Positions 55,600-56,343 of a stretch of 56,343 nucleotides of DNA are shown here, in pieces. Source of the DNA: Oligoflexales bacterium (GTDB taxonomy: Bacteria > Bdellovibrionota_B > Oligoflexia > Oligoflexales > JAGOVF01); NCBI GenBank assembly GCA_018060885.1, contig JAGOVF010000002.1, positions 1-56,343 of the forward strand, in the 5' to 3' direction. The notes beneath the pieces were generated by a model. It saw nothing but the letters and a program-made list of their open reading frames with translations, had not been told where the DNA came from and searched no databases. Both the position numbers and the translations under genes were made by a program. Numbering within the stretch: the first letter of the stretch is position 1; each line of letters starts with the position of its first letter.

Positions 55600-56274
55600 T
55601 TGAATATTAAGTCGATTCTTATTAATGGTAGACGGATTCCGATTCCAATTCCTTTAGGGTCGCTGAGGGAGTTGGTCTCATGGGTCGAAGGCTCTTTATT
55701 GAATCCGTCTCAATTAATAACGCGGGTCTCGATTGACCAAAAGTTAATCGAAGATTTTTCTGAAAATGTCGATTTAAGTGTGTTTCCAATTAGCGCAAAC
55801 AGTGAAATTCATTTTCAGATAGAGTCACCCAGGGATTTATTGATTCAGAGTTTTGAAGCAATACATCATTATTGCAAATTAATACAAACAGGTCTCAAGC
55901 CATTGGCAGTCGATTTGTGGCAATTGCCTAATGGTTCAAGTCAAAAAGAATCAGTCATTGCTACCTTGAGTGCAGATTTAAAAGTTGTTTTAGACATATT
56001 AGATCAAGCACAGGGAATCGTTGATTGGCAACACATAGACCTTGCAGCTTTGCATGGTCAATATCTACTTCTAAAAGGTCATCGACAAGCTCTATTACTT
56101 GCTATAGATCAAAATGATTGGAAGAAAATTTCTAGAATACTTATTCACAGAATTGACACGCTAATCAAAGACATGTTAGTAGAGATTGAATCTCTACATA
56201 TTCGGGCAATGAGTATTGATAAAGATACTCCTATAATTGATGTCCAGGAACACAGTCTAATTGTTGGCCGCTAA
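55600..56274 (+). CDS. Hypothetical protein
   Basis: The TTG start lies 3 nt after the upstream stop. No motif was recognised. Confidence 0.35.
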   Translation: MNIKSILINGRRIPIPIPLGSLRELVSWVEGSLLNPSQLITRVSIDQKLIEDFSENVDLSVFPISANSEIHFQIESPRDLLIQSFEAIHHYCKLIQTGLKPLAVDLWQLPNGSSQKESVIATLSADLKVVLDILDQAQGIVDWQHIDLAALHGQYLLLKGHRQALLLAIDQNDWKKISRILIHRIDTLIKDMLVEIESLHIRAMSIDKDTPIIDVQEHSLIVGR

Positions 56275-56343
56275 AAATAAAGTTTGTCAAAATAAAACCT
56301 ACGAAAGAAATTTTTCCTAAATTATACAAACACAATATAACAC

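Overview
AT-rich bacterial chromosomal window with dense coding on both strands. The many secreted hydrolases, S1 and M23 proteases and the gene mix suggest a Bdellovibrio/Oligoflexia-like organism, but that is inference only. No rRNA, tRNA or CRISPR array was found.

Features from left to right:
- Secreted LRR protein, metzincin and GH25-like muramidase.
- Membrane Fe-S oxidoreductase and ogt.
- A large coiled-coil membrane protein.
- An AbiEi/AbiEii type IV toxin-antitoxin pair with a perfect palindromic operator candidate.
- Two tandem paralogous beta-barrel-like proteins and an S1 protease with a long C-terminal extension.
- A lipoprotein pseudogene with two in-frame stops.
- A bioBFDA operon.
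- A frameshifted two-domain secreted protein.
- A diiron-like protein and a FapA/DUF342-like protein.
- A run of secreted hydrolases: lysophospholipase-like, M23, clan GH-A glycosidase, M14 carboxypeptidase and GH13 amylase with a CBM.
- The carboxynorspermidine pathway pair and a crotonase.
- A 16-kb, translationally coupled aroK-gspC-C'-D-E-F-G-H-I-J-K-L-M-N type II secretion operon, followed by a glycosyltransferase-TPR fusion.

The most unusual signal is non-coding. The 690-nt gap between the M23 peptidase and the glycosidase (25736-26422) holds a ~555-bp element (25739-26293). It is bounded by terminal inverted repeats and a GATAACT direct repeat. Inside are two giant hairpins in opposite orientation. 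Their 70-nt loops are exact reverse complements of each other, while their long stems (44 bp perfect; 37 bp with two mismatches) are unrelated in sequence.

Other notable points are a perfect 7 x 12-bp tandem repeat inside the gspI-like gene, a tandem MshEN-like (c-di-GMP-type) motif in GspE, duplicated GspC, and low-complexity extensions on the secretin.
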